This document shows, in pieces, positions 49,605 through 58,683 of a stretch of 64,000 nt of DNA. Each line of letters starts with the position of its first letter. Position 1 is the stretch's first letter. The notes under the pieces were generated by a model. It was given only the letters and a program-made list of their open reading frames with translations, was not told the DNA's origin and searched no databases. This DNA comes from Gammaproteobacteria bacterium (GTDB taxonomy: Bacteria; Pseudomonadota; Gammaproteobacteria; UBA4575). The position numbers were made by a program, and so were the translations under genes. The stretch lies in assembly GCA_965243395.1 (NCBI GenBank), contig CBDEUS010000001.1, positions 288,001-352,000 on the forward strand, in the 5' to 3' direction.

Positions 49605-50393
49605 TTGTCTGAGCAAACTATTGATGCCTATACGCCAGATAGAATGGCGGAGTTGGTTGAAAGCGTTGGTGTAAAAAAGGCTGCTTTGCCTGTTGTGCCA
49701 ACCCTTATGTTGGGTTTGCTTGCAGGTGTATTCATTGCTTTTGGGGCAATGTTTTTCACACTGGTTACAACTAATCAATTTATGGGTTTAGGTTCCGCTC
49801 GATTATTGGGTGGTGTGGCTTTTTCTCTAGGCCTTATTCTTGTGGTCGTTGGGGGCGCAGAGTTATTTACTGGTAACAATCTAATCGTAATGGCCTGGGC
49901 TGATCGAAAAGTTTCTACTATGAAATTATTACGAAATTGGGGTCTTGTATATTTTTCAAATTTATGTGGAGCAGTAGGAACGGCTGCACTAGTATTTTGG
50001 TCCGGTACATTGTCGTTCGGTGATGGTGCTGTTTCTGAAACTGCAGTTGAAATAGCTATGGCCAAAGTCAATATTAATCCACTGCAAGCATTTATTAGAG
50101 GAATATTGTGTAATGTTTTAGTTTGCTTGGCTGTTTGGTTATGTTTTGCCGCACGTGATGTAGCAGGAAAGATACTAGCAATTATTTTTCCTATTTCTGC
50201 ATTTGTTGCTTTAGGATTTGAGCATTCAGTTGCAAATATGTATTTTATCCCACTAGGAATGTTATTAAGTAGTGGCGATATCACCATTATAGATTTTATA
50301 AACAATCTCATTCCCGTAACCCTTGGCAACATTGTTGGGGGAGGGCTACTTGTTGCAATTGTATATTGGAGTATTTACTTAAGAAAATATTAG
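49605..50393 (+). CDS. Formate/nitrite transporter (FNT) family channel
   Basis: LAG.FIAFG, GAELFTGN, GILCNVLVCLAVW, FEHSVANM, GNIVGG; TTG start. Confidence 0.93.
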   Translation: MSEQTIDAYTPDRMAELVESVGVKKAALPVVPTLMLGLLAGVFIAFGAMFFTLVTTNQFMGLGSARLLGGVAFSLGLILVVVGGAELFTGNNLIVMAWADRKVSTMKLLRNWGLVYFSNLCGAVGTAALVFWSGTLSFGDGAVSETAVEIAMAKVNINPLQAFIRGILCNVLVCLAVWLCFAARDVAGKILAIIFPISAFVALGFEHSVANMYFIPLGMLLSSGDITIIDFINNLIPVTLGNIVGGGLLVAIVYWSIYLRKY

Positions 50394-50515
50394 TTATGAA
50401 TATTCTTATTGATAAAAATATATCAAAAATATTAATTACATCTCTACTATTTAGCCTGCTTACCAAGCTGCTCCGTCTTATTCAACCAATGATTTAATTT
50501 ATTTTAAGTAAATAC

Positions 50516-51712
50516 TCATAGTGCGCTAAAGTAACCAAAAAATAGCAGAATAAAATTAAGTGAAATTCCTAAAATAGGAAGAACATAATCTAGTTTTACT
50601 TTGCTATGTCCAATTACTGAGATATATAAAAGTGATGATTGAACAACAATGAAGATCGCTAAAGTTATAGTGCTCGTTATTTCGGCCAAAGTTACCAGAT
50701 CAAAGCTAGTTACAAGAATTGAAAGAATTATAGCAATTGTTACTGTTGCAACTATTGGCGTATGTGTATTCTTATTAACCAAACTAAATACAGATAAGAA
50801 TAGTTTTTGTTTGGCCATTCCATACAATACTCTTGATGCCATGATTAATTGCACAAGTGCACCGTTTATTATTGCAATCATGCTAATCATTGCCATGATA
50901 GTTGGATTGTAACCTTTATATTCAACTATGGAGACTAATGGAGCGCTACTCGTATTAAATATAGATGAAGGAATAAAAACTGTGCAAGCAACAGAAAGTG
51001 CTAAATATAGTAGAGTTGAAAATATTAAAGATAAAGCTATAGCAAGAGGAACCACTCTAGTCGGGTTTTTAGTTTCTTCTGCAATGTTTACAATATCTTC
51101 AAAACCAATATAGGCATAGAAGGAAATAAAAGCAGCATAAAAAATAATACTGCTTTCGGAAAAAATTGAATTAGGTGAGGGAACGCTAAATGTTTCCAGC
51201 TCTTTTACGTCTATCACAGCATAGATTACAAAAAGCAAGCCAATAATTTCAATAATAGTGATACACGAAGCGATAGTTAAAGACTGGCTTATTCCCCAAA
51301 CTGCAAATGCAGTGATCATTATGATAACGCTCAATATAATTACTAATTCTGGAATTTGGTAAAGTGCAATGAAGTAACCTGCAAATCCCTTAGTCATGGT
51401 TGCAGCAGAAACCGTACCAATCATTACTACGGCCAAGCCAACTAATACAGATATAATGCGTTTATTAAAAGCTGCATATGCATATGCTGCTTCACCAGCA
51501 CTTTTAGGATACATAGAAGCTAACCGCGCAAAAGAATAAGCTGTTATTCCAGCAATAAATGCAGCCACCATAAATGACAAAGGTGCAAGCTTCCCAGCGC
51601 GTAGAGAAACTTCACCAATTAATACATATATGCCTGCACCCAGTATCGTGCCTAATCCATAAAATGTTAGTAGGGGTAGCGATACCTTCCTAGCGAGTGT
51701 ACCTCCAGACAT
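50516..51712 (-). CDS. APC-family amino acid permease
   Basis: GTILGAGIY, SAGEAAY, FYAYIGFE..AEETKNP, ASRVLYGMA. Confidence 0.9.
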   Translation of the reverse strand: MSGGTLARKVSLPLLTFYGLGTILGAGIYVLIGEVSLRAGKLAPLSFMVAAFIAGITAYSFARLASMYPKSAGEAAYAYAAFNKRIISVLVGLAVVMIGTVSAATMTKGFAGYFIALYQIPELVIILSVIIMITAFAVWGISQSLTIASCITIIEIIGLLFVIYAVIDVKELETFSVPSPNSIFSESSIIFYAAFISFYAYIGFEDIVNIAEETKNPTRVVPLAIALSLIFSTLLYLALSVACTVFIPSSIFNTSSAPLVSIVEYKGYNPTIMAMISMIAIINGALVQLIMASRVLYGMAKQKLFLSVFSLVNKNTHTPIVATVTIAIILSILVTSFDLVTLAEITSTITLAIFIVVQSSLLYISVIGHSKVKLDYVLPILGISLNFILLFFGYFSAL

Positions 51713-51755
51713 TAATATAGCTCATAATGTATTAGATGAATTACTAATTATAAAA

Positions 51756-52595
51756 CTAATGAGAAAGGAATAATGGTATCGTTGTGTGTTTTAGCAAGTA
51801 TTTAGTTGTTCCACCCAATACAATTTCCTTAAATCGTGTATTTCCATATGCGCCCATAACTATTAAGTCCGCATCATATTCAATTGCACCTTGAAGAATT
51901 GTCGCGCCCGTGCCTTTTGCAGATCTATCTAATGTAACTACTTCAGCATTTATGCCATGATGAGATAAATGCTTACGTAAATCATCGCTATAAATCATAT
52001 TTTCCTTTTCTTCTTTATCAGTACTTGAAACACTTACAATTTGGACATGCTCAGTTAAATCTAAAAAAGGCAAGGCATCATGAACCGCTCTTGCAGCCTC
52101 AAGACTCTCATTCCATGCAATTACTACTCTCTTAGGTAAGTTAAATACTTTTTTCAAATCTGGAACAACCATTAGTGGCCGACCCATATGAATTGATAAA
52201 TAGTCTGCAATTACATGGGTATTTTCTTCACCAAGCCTTGAATAGCCTCTAGGAAGAATCACAAGATCTGCGTAACGTGACTTATCCACAATATAATCTA
52301 TATCTACGCCTTCAATTTCATTCCATTCACATGGTACTTCTAATTCGGAGGCTTTTTTCTTGAACTTGGATTTTAAAAGCTCTGAATTTCTATTGGCTTC
52401 TTCAATTTGGTCGTCTGCGTAATAGGGAATAACTTCCGGATTCCCATAGCCATATATTGGTATTGCAGGGTATGGAATAAAATGGACGCCTGTTACATGC
52501 GCCTCATATATTTTTGCTAATAGCAATGCGGTTTCAACACGATAGTCGTTTGCTTCACTAGCATCGCATACTACTAAAAGATCTTTTATAGGCAT
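51756..52595 (-). CDS. Tandem-domain universal stress protein
   Basis: IAWNES.EAARA, DLIVMGAYG..GGTT. Confidence 0.92.
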   Translation of the reverse strand: MPIKDLLVVCDASEANDYRVETALLLAKIYEAHVTGVHFIPYPAIPIYGYGNPEVIPYYADDQIEEANRNSELLKSKFKKKASELEVPCEWNEIEGVDIDYIVDKSRYADLVILPRGYSRLGEENTHVIADYLSIHMGRPLMVVPDLKKVFNLPKRVVIAWNESLEAARAVHDALPFLDLTEHVQIVSVSSTDKEEKENMIYSDDLRKHLSHHGINAEVVTLDRSAKGTGATILQGAIEYDADLIVMGAYGNTRFKEIVLGGTTKYLLKHTTIPLFLSH

Positions 52596-52664
52596 GATAT
52601 TTCTCCTATTAGAAATAAACCAGTAATTCTTTAAAGCATGCTATCTAATTGATCATATTGCTGA

Positions 52665-52678
52665 TTGACCTATATCAG
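52665..52678. promoter_or_regulatory. FNR box (usp)
   Basis: TTGAC-CTAT-ATCAG; TAGCAT -10 21 nt away on minus strand. Confidence 0.7.
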
Positions 52679-52726
52679 ATAAGTGTATTTTTATATATGA
52701 TTTGTAAAAAATTAAGCAAGAGAAGC

Positions 52727-52774
52727 TTATAAAAGGGATGTAGCCAAATAAAATATTTAGCTACAACCTTATAA
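52727..52774 (-). terminator. Terminator hairpin after hsp20
   Basis: AAGGGATGTAGCCAAATA / TATTTAGCTACAACCTT imperfect stem. Confidence 0.6.
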
Positions 52775-52785
52775 ACGTGATAAAA

Positions 52786-53226
52786 CTATTGAACTTTGAT
52801 TGTGATCTTTTTTGGCTTTGCAGCTTCTTTTTTCCCTACAGTAATTTCCAATACCCCTTTATTTGACCTTGCTGATATATCTTCAGAATCAGCTGTTTCT
52901 GGGAGATTAAAACGCCTATAGAAACTTCCATGTGATCGTTCTACACGCGTGTATCCCTCTTTATCTTCTTTAATTTCACTCTCACGCTCTCCCTTCATGG
53001 TTAATAAGCCGTTTTCCATACTGATTTCTATATCCTGGGGGTCAACTCCAGGCACATCAGCCTTAATTAAAAAATGATCATCCTTCTCTGCTATATCTAC
53101 TGCGGGTGTCCATGCGCTTGTTGCAATAGTGCTGTCCTCATCGTCTAACTCAACATTAAAAAAACGATTTAGATCCCTAAGATTAGGCAAGTAATTAAAA
53201 AATGGATCTCTTGGTACTAACTTCAT
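52786..53226 (-). CDS. Hsp20/alpha-crystallin small heat-shock protein
   Basis: WTPAVDI, DVPGV, ERSHGSFYRRF.LP, GVLEI; AAGGAG RBS before ATG 53226. Confidence 0.95.
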   Translation of the reverse strand: MKLVPRDPFFNYLPNLRDLNRFFNVELDDEDSTIATSAWTPAVDIAEKDDHFLIKADVPGVDPQDIEISMENGLLTMKGERESEIKEDKEGYTRVERSHGSFYRRFNLPETADSEDISARSNKGVLEITVGKKEAAKPKKITIKVQ

Positions 53227-53304
53227 ATTTTCATCTCCTTCGTATTTTGTAAAATACAATACATTCCTGTGTTCAATATTATGAATACTCTGCCTACATT
53301 AGTA

Positions 53305-53318
53305 TTGATCGAGATCAA
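53305..53318. promoter_or_regulatory. FNR box (hsp20)
   Basis: TTGAT-CGAG-ATCAA; CATAAT -10 21 nt away. Confidence 0.85.
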
Positions 53319-54217
53319 TTAATATCTTTTTTATAAATACTGTCTAATCGCAATAAATTCTGAGTTCTAAAGAAATATGCCTGATCCTTAATATATTGTT
53401 TAATATTATCAAGTTCTTGATTTAAAGATAATTCGTTTAGCACGCGTTCTGCGATATAGCTATCATTAATTCCCCCTAAAATATGCTGTAAATTTTTTAA
53501 AAATTCTAACTCATGTTTTTTGTGATTAATAAAAATACCTAACTCATCTACTGCATACCGAAGTTCTTTAATATTAACTCTTAGTTTATGTAAATCTTTC
53601 TGTTTATAAGAAAATATATCTTTTTTTGCTTTCAATATCTTCTTATGCTTTTTGTGTAATATATTATTGACAAGATCTTCCATGCTTTTATTAGCTTTTC
53701 GTTGTTTTTCGTCAGTTAATGTTTTTCGCCACTTTCTATTATCAACCCAATTATGAAGTTCGTTTAATAGTTTTTGATATCGGCTGGATGCTAGCTTATC
53801 GAGCATCTGTGTATGAAGAATGGATTTTTTATCTTCGGAGTATTTATGCAGCATTTTAAACTTCTCACTGCCAGCGTTATTTCTGCAAGCTCGAGATATA
53901 AATTCCTGGTTGATTACATCGAAATCACGAACCTTAGAAGTAGGTTTCAGTAAGTTTTTAATCACTCTATTAACTTCGGTTCTTTCATTACTATTTATTT
54001 CACTTTTAAAAAAATTTACAAGTGATTTAAAACGCCGTAAGGATACTCTCATTTGATGAAGAGTTTCTGGGTCATAATAATTTTGTAGTGAGTGATAGTT
54101 ACTTTGAATTTGGTTACAGTATTTCAAAAATAATTTTTCTAGAAAATTATCAAGTTTTGAGTCTTTTCTAGGTTCATGATTATTTAAAATGGGCTCCATA
54201 TAAGCTAAGTTATTCAT
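53315..54217 (-). CDS. CHAD-domain (polyphosphate-binding) protein
   Basis: LHQMRVSLRR, VRDFDV, LHKLRVNIKELRY, LGGIND. Confidence 0.88.
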   Translation of the reverse strand: MNNLAYMEPILNNHEPRKDSKLDNFLEKLFLKYCNQIQSNYHSLQNYYDPETLHQMRVSLRRFKSLVNFFKSEINSNERTEVNRVIKNLLKPTSKVRDFDVINQEFISRACRNNAGSEKFKMLHKYSEDKKSILHTQMLDKLASSRYQKLLNELHNWVDNRKWRKTLTDEKQRKANKSMEDLVNNILHKKHKKILKAKKDIFSYKQKDLHKLRVNIKELRYAVDELGIFINHKKHELEFLKNLQHILGGINDSYIAERVLNELSLNQELDNIKQYIKDQAYFFRTQNLLRLDSIYKKDIN

Positions 54218-54276
54218 TTTGACTATTATGATAAAAAGTTAATTGGATTAGTCTATTTAAAGCATTAAAGATGGTA

Positions 54277-54290
54277 TTGATTTAAATCAA
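54277..54290. promoter_or_regulatory. FNR box (CHAD)
   Basis: TTGAT-TTAA-ATCAA perfect palindrome; TAGACT -10 21 nt away. Confidence 0.88.
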
Positions 54291-54294
54291 TCTT

Positions 54295-55584
54295 TTATAA
54301 GACTGGTATGTATGATGATATATAAATAAAATAAATAATGGCCCCAACTAAAAATGAAACGAGAAGTATACTTCCGCTCCACTTAGCCAATTCCCAGCCC
54401 CCAATAGCAAAAGATATTATTGCTTTAACAACCGTATTAACAAATACGACGATTAAAATACCATTGGCAGCAACTTGAGTGGATAGTTTGTTGCCTACAG
54501 GTATCGAAGTTTTTGCAAAAGTAATACTCATAGGATCAGCATCAGCTATTCCAGAGAGAGCTGCTAAGGCGTAAATTCCCGTTGTACCAAAATATAATTG
54601 CACAAAATATGTAACTATAAATAGTAACGAAAGAAGTATTCCATAAAATGCTGCAGTCCCAAGTTGCAGAGGATTTTTTAATTCAATTTGTGTGGAGATT
54701 GCTTTCTTGTTTTTTTCTAGTCTCGCTATCCATAATGTAGCGCCCATTGGAATTAAAGTAAGAGCAATTAATACAGGGCTAACAAAAGGTATCAGCGAAA
54801 TATTCAAAATACCGATGACGACTAATAACCGTGCACCCATCATCCCAGCAGCGAGGGAAATACCGCCTCCGAGTAGTGCACGTGACGCAGCTACATTACT
54901 AGAAGCTAACTTTGAAAATGAAACTGCTACTGCAGTTGATGATGTTAATCCACCGAGCAGTGCGGTTAAAAAAATTCCGAATTTGGTGCCAAATATCTTC
55001 ATACTGAAATATCCAAAATAAGAAATTCCGGCAATCAGGAGTATTAGTAAGCCTATTGTTCGTGGGTTAATAACGTCGCCAGGACCCATGACTTGATTCG
55101 GAAGCAATGGGATAGCGACTGCGGCTATTAAAAGCAGTTGAATAGATGCATTTACCTCATTTACATCTAAAGTACTTATATAACTATGTAGTTTGGACTT
55201 AAGTCTGAGTAATGCGACCACAATTGCTGCTGAGGCAATGGCTTCAATTTTGTAACCAATTGCTGCAAATGCTCCGATCACAAATACTAATAAAAGAGCA
55301 ACTTCAGAGGTGTAGCCTAAATCTTTTGATTTTTCGGCATTAAATCTATAACTAACAAAAATTATAGAAGAGAGACCCAATGCTATGGACGGTATTACTA
55401 ATGGAGTAATTAGGTTACTGAGAATTGCAGATAGCCCACCTAAAAAACCTACTACGGCAAACGTTCTAAGTCCTGCATCAAAGCTCTCATGAGATTGGTT
55501 TTTGGTATGCCACTCTCTTTCAAATCCGATAACCATTCCTATTGCTAGTGCAATAAGTAAGTTAATTGTAAGTTCGATATCCAT
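54295..55584 (-). CDS. MgtC/SapB + DUF4010 membrane protein
   Basis: IGFERE, AGLRTF, GYTSE, GGLTSSTAV. Confidence 0.88.
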   Translation of the reverse strand: MDIELTINLLIALAIGMVIGFEREWHTKNQSHESFDAGLRTFAVVGFLGGLSAILSNLITPLVIPSIALGLSSIIFVSYRFNAEKSKDLGYTSEVALLLVFVIGAFAAIGYKIEAIASAAIVVALLRLKSKLHSYISTLDVNEVNASIQLLLIAAVAIPLLPNQVMGPGDVINPRTIGLLILLIAGISYFGYFSMKIFGTKFGIFLTALLGGLTSSTAVAVSFSKLASSNVAASRALLGGGISLAAGMMGARLLVVIGILNISLIPFVSPVLIALTLIPMGATLWIARLEKNKKAISTQIELKNPLQLGTAAFYGILLSLLFIVTYFVQLYFGTTGIYALAALSGIADADPMSITFAKTSIPVGNKLSTQVAANGILIVVFVNTVVKAIISFAIGGWELAKWSGSILLVSFLVGAIIYFIYISSYIPVL

Positions 55585-55633
55585 CAGATTAAAAATTTAT
55601 TATTAAATATAAATAAACCAATTACATCAATGC

Positions 55634-55647
55634 TTGATTTATATCAA
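55634..55647. promoter_or_regulatory. FNR box (mgtC-like/cbpM divergon)
   Basis: TTGAT-TTAT-ATCAA; TATATT 21 nt downstream. Confidence 0.85.
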
Positions 55648-55723
55648 TGTCATATTTCACACAAAACTTATATTTATAAAAGGCAACTTGATGTGTTCTG
55701 ACGAACAGAGATAAGGACTTGAA

Positions 55724-55987
55724 ATGAATGACAATATCCTCTACACAACACGTGCGGTTTGTAATTATCAAAAAATAACCCAAGAAAATATTGATGAGAT
55801 GGTGTCATGGGGGATTGCAAACCCGCATGGCGATAAGCCTGAAAAATGGTTATTTACTCATGATGACCTTGAGCGTATTGCACGCGTTCAGAGATTTAGA
55901 AATGACTTAGACATTAATATCCCTGGGGCAGCATTTGCGCTTGATTTAATTGAGGAAGTTAAAAAATTACGAGAAAGGAGGGATTAG
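55724..55987 (+). CDS. cbpM: Chaperone modulator CbpM-like (MerR-HTH-like)
   Basis: 'EMV..GI..P', 'W.F...L.R.....R...DL.IN..G....LDL..EV..LR'. Confidence 0.75.
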   Translation: MNDNILYTTRAVCNYQKITQENIDEMVSWGIANPHGDKPEKWLFTHDDLERIARVQRFRNDLDINIPGAAFALDLIEEVKKLRERRD

Positions 55988-55990
55988 ACT

Positions 55991-56446
55991 ATGTTTCCTT
56001 ACAAAAATGTTTTAGCTGCAATTGATTACTCTGAATTAACAGATCCAATATTTAAGAAATTAGAAAATATTTCTAAAGACTCTAATGTTAATATCATCTT
56101 ATTTAATGTTGTTGAGCGTGATATGCCTACACTTATGGGCGCATCACAAAATGAAGCAATTAGCTATAGTCGAGAATGGTCTTTAGAAGAAATTAAATTA
56201 AAAGATAACGCAGAAAATACACTTAAGAAAGAAGCAAATAAATATAACTTAGGAAAATTTAAATGTTATGCAGAGGTTGGTGTACCAAGATATTCAATAC
56301 TATTTGCTGCAAAAGCAAAAAATATAGATCTGATAGTCGTAGGCGCACATGGCGCTCGCGGTATTAAAAAAATTATTGGGTCTACTGCTCAATCGGTACT
56401 TAATAATGCCTCTTGTGATGTGCTAGCAGTGCGTAAAATGAAATAA
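55991..56446 (+). CDS. Universal stress protein (UspA-like)
   Basis: YKNVLAAIDYS, DLIVVGAHG..GSTA..VL. Confidence 0.92.
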   Translation: MFPYKNVLAAIDYSELTDPIFKKLENISKDSNVNIILFNVVERDMPTLMGASQNEAISYSREWSLEEIKLKDNAENTLKKEANKYNLGKFKCYAEVGVPRYSILFAAKAKNIDLIVVGAHGARGIKKIIGSTAQSVLNNASCDVLAVRKMK

Positions 56447-56472
56447 GATTTTTGATTACTATGCTGCATTCC

Positions 56473-56694
56473 TTAAACAAGCGCCATTTTTTTTAACTGC
56501 TCGTCTATTTTGTCCAGTTCTGCATTGGCCTGTTCGAGTAATCTTTGCAGAACCTCATAGTTTTCTAATTGTATTGCTTGTTCTTCAAGATCGGGGTCCA
56601 AGCCTTTTTCAAAATCTCTTTTTATCGCAGTAACACGGTCAATCAACTCGTGTTGTTTTGTAAGTAGCTCGTCTCTGGTTACTGTTTTTGACAT
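56473..56694 (-). CDS. DksA/TraR-like coiled-coil protein lacking the C4 zinc finger
   Basis: GGAG RBS before ATG 56694; 'DPDLEEQA.QLEN.EVL..L...A..EL..I' then stop. Confidence 0.65.
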   Translation of the reverse strand: MSKTVTRDELLTKQHELIDRVTAIKRDFEKGLDPDLEEQAIQLENYEVLQRLLEQANAELDKIDEQLKKMALV

Positions 56695-56719
56695 ATAGAT
56701 CTCCAAAATGTTTACAGAA

Positions 56720-57181
56720 TTATTCTTCTTGTATTGACATAATATAAACAAGAAGATCAAGAATTAATCCTCTTGCATAGAGGTATTCATTAATTTCAGA
56801 TTGATCAGTTATTTCATGATATTTTTTGGCTAGTTCATTATATTTTTCAGCTTCTTTTCGATATCGATCACCCCATACCGGCATTTCTCTACTTCCATGC
56901 ACTCCGACACTAGGGGATCCGTCAATGGTTCTATAAACATTGCTAAAAGGAAAATGACCATTATTATTTTTTGTAAGCCTCGTTAAATCGGTTGGCTTTT
57001 TTGTTAAAGATTCAGACATAACACCTTTCCCTTTGCCATCAAAGCCATGACAAATTGCACACGATCGTTCAAATTCAATTCCGCCCAAGATTGGATCATG
57101 ACTTATTGAATCACTTGAGAATGAATTCATTGAATAGACCAGCAAGAAAATAAAGGATATGAGTAGGGTGAAAAATTTCAT
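56720..57181 (-). CDS. Monoheme cytochrome c (MPVWG type)
   Basis: CAICH, GKGKG, HGSREMPVWG. Confidence 0.9.
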   Translation of the reverse strand: MKFFTLLISFIFLLVYSMNSFSSDSISHDPILGGIEFERSCAICHGFDGKGKGVMSESLTKKPTDLTRLTKNNNGHFPFSNVYRTIDGSPSVGVHGSREMPVWGDRYRKEAEKYNELAKKYHEITDQSEINEYLYARGLILDLLVYIMSIQEE

Positions 57182-57183
57182 AA

Positions 57184-57591
57184 TTACTCCTGAATAACTT
57201 GAATATAGAGAATGATGTCTAATGCTTTAGCCTTGGCCACGGTGTTTGGCTCATTTTCAGTTTGTGTTTCTCTGATAAACTTATAGCCCCAAACTGGCAT
57301 TTCACTTGTTCCATGTTCATCAAATTGATGTGTTCCATCAAAAACACCCCATAAAAGATCAAAAGGAAAATGGCCATTGTTGTTTTTAGAAAGCACTGTC
57401 AAGTCAGGAGGCTTTCGTTTTAGAAAATCAACGATTGGTCCATCACCCTGTCCATTGCTTCCATGGCATGAGGCGCAATAGTGCATAAATTCGCTTTTTC
57501 CGATAACGCTATTTTTATCATCTGCGTTAACATGACTAGTAAATGCTGCGAAACCAAATGTGACTATTAAAATGTATTTATTTAATTTCAT
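57184..57591 (-). CDS. Monoheme cytochrome c (MPVWG type)
   Basis: CASCH, GQGDG, HGTSEMPVWG; GGAG RBS before ATG 57591. Confidence 0.9.
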   Translation of the reverse strand: MKLNKYILIVTFGFAAFTSHVNADDKNSVIGKSEFMHYCASCHGSNGQGDGPIVDFLKRKPPDLTVLSKNNNGHFPFDLLWGVFDGTHQFDEHGTSEMPVWGYKFIRETQTENEPNTVAKAKALDIILYIQVIQE

Positions 57592-57601
57592 ATTGACTCC
57601 T

Positions 57602-58348
57602 TTAAGCAGCATATTTCTCTAGTCTTTCGTGATCTTTTATTTCAATGAGCTTGCCATGTACTTTTATTAAGCCTTTAGCTTGTAAACGAGAAAATAAGCG
57701 ACTTACTGTTTCCATTGCAGCTGAAAGATAGTTGCCAATATCTCGTCTTGACATATATAGATTGAATTCATTACCAGAGAACCCTCTAGCAGCATAACGC
57801 CGAGATAAATTCAACAATAATGTTGCGAGACGTTGTTCTGCGCTTTTTGTCCCAATCAATAAGGTATGTTCTTCTTCATCCCTAATTTGGTGGCTCATCT
57901 GAGTTAATAACTGCTTATAAAGTTCAGGTATCTCTGCCGCGAGTTCCATGTAGCGCGCAAACGGTATTTCACAAACATAAGTAGTTTCCAGAGCTTGTGC
58001 TGTAGTGGGATACACATTTGAAGAGGCGCCATCCAATGCCACCACATCTCCCTGAATTGAAAATCCTAAAATTTGTTCACGCCCTTCTTCATCATCTATT
58101 AGGGTTTTAAGGGAACCGCTACGGATAATATAAATTGAATGAAACTTGTCGCCGGCCTGGTACAAATAATCGTTTCGATTTAATTTTTTTGAATGTTTGA
58201 TAATGGAGTTAAAAGCTTCTAGTTCCTTACCCACTAATGAGTGCGCAAAACAAGCATTTACTCTGCTGCAATCTTGACATTTATTTTGACTATAAATAGA
58301 TGGTAGTACATAAGATTTTTGCTGCGATATGACGTGTGCGGTTTGCAT
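57602..58348 (-). CDS. fnr: FNR-type CRP-family regulator with intact Fe-S cysteines
   Basis: CQDC-x5-C N-terminal cluster, fourth Cys in VCEIPF, HTH ETVSR. Confidence 0.85.
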   Translation of the reverse strand: MQTAHVISQQKSYVLPSIYSQNKCQDCSRVNACFAHSLVGKELEAFNSIIKHSKKLNRNDYLYQAGDKFHSIYIIRSGSLKTLIDDEEGREQILGFSIQGDVVALDGASSNVYPTTAQALETTYVCEIPFARYMELAAEIPELYKQLLTQMSHQIRDEEEHTLLIGTKSAEQRLATLLLNLSRRYAARGFSGNEFNLYMSRRDIGNYLSAAMETVSRLFSRLQAKGLIKVHGKLIEIKDHERLEKYAA

Positions 58349-58454
58349 CTCTTTACTCCCGAAAATATGTTCTTAATTCCCTTATTTTTTGATTTTTAAC
58401 CCAAGTCTTTGCTCTTGTGCGTAATTGAACACTGGTAGGCAAGAAAAAATAATT

Positions 58455-58496
58455 AGTACGTGCACGTACTCAACCTTCGGTAAATACGTAGTTGAG
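58455..58496. promoter_or_regulatory. Palindromic operator(s) in the fnr/fixL intergenic region (candidate FixJ sites)
   Basis: Perfect 16-bp AGTACGTGCACGTACT plus adjacent CTTCGGTAAATACGTAG. Confidence 0.45.
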
Positions 58497-58683
58497 TCGA
58501 GTTATAGTCTTAATTGCGAATAAGGGTGTACTATGTAAATTACTGATATGGATACATTTAATATGCGTAGACATTTATTAATACTTGGTAAAATGGAAGG
58601 CGTTACCTCCGCAAGAAAGCACGAGTTTTATAAGGAATTTAATGTATTGGTAATTAATTACAGTAGAAATTAAACATCTAAAA

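Noticed and set aside
50409-50426. TTGAT-N8-ATCAA as an FNR box
   Set aside because: Wrong spacing and lies between convergent genes
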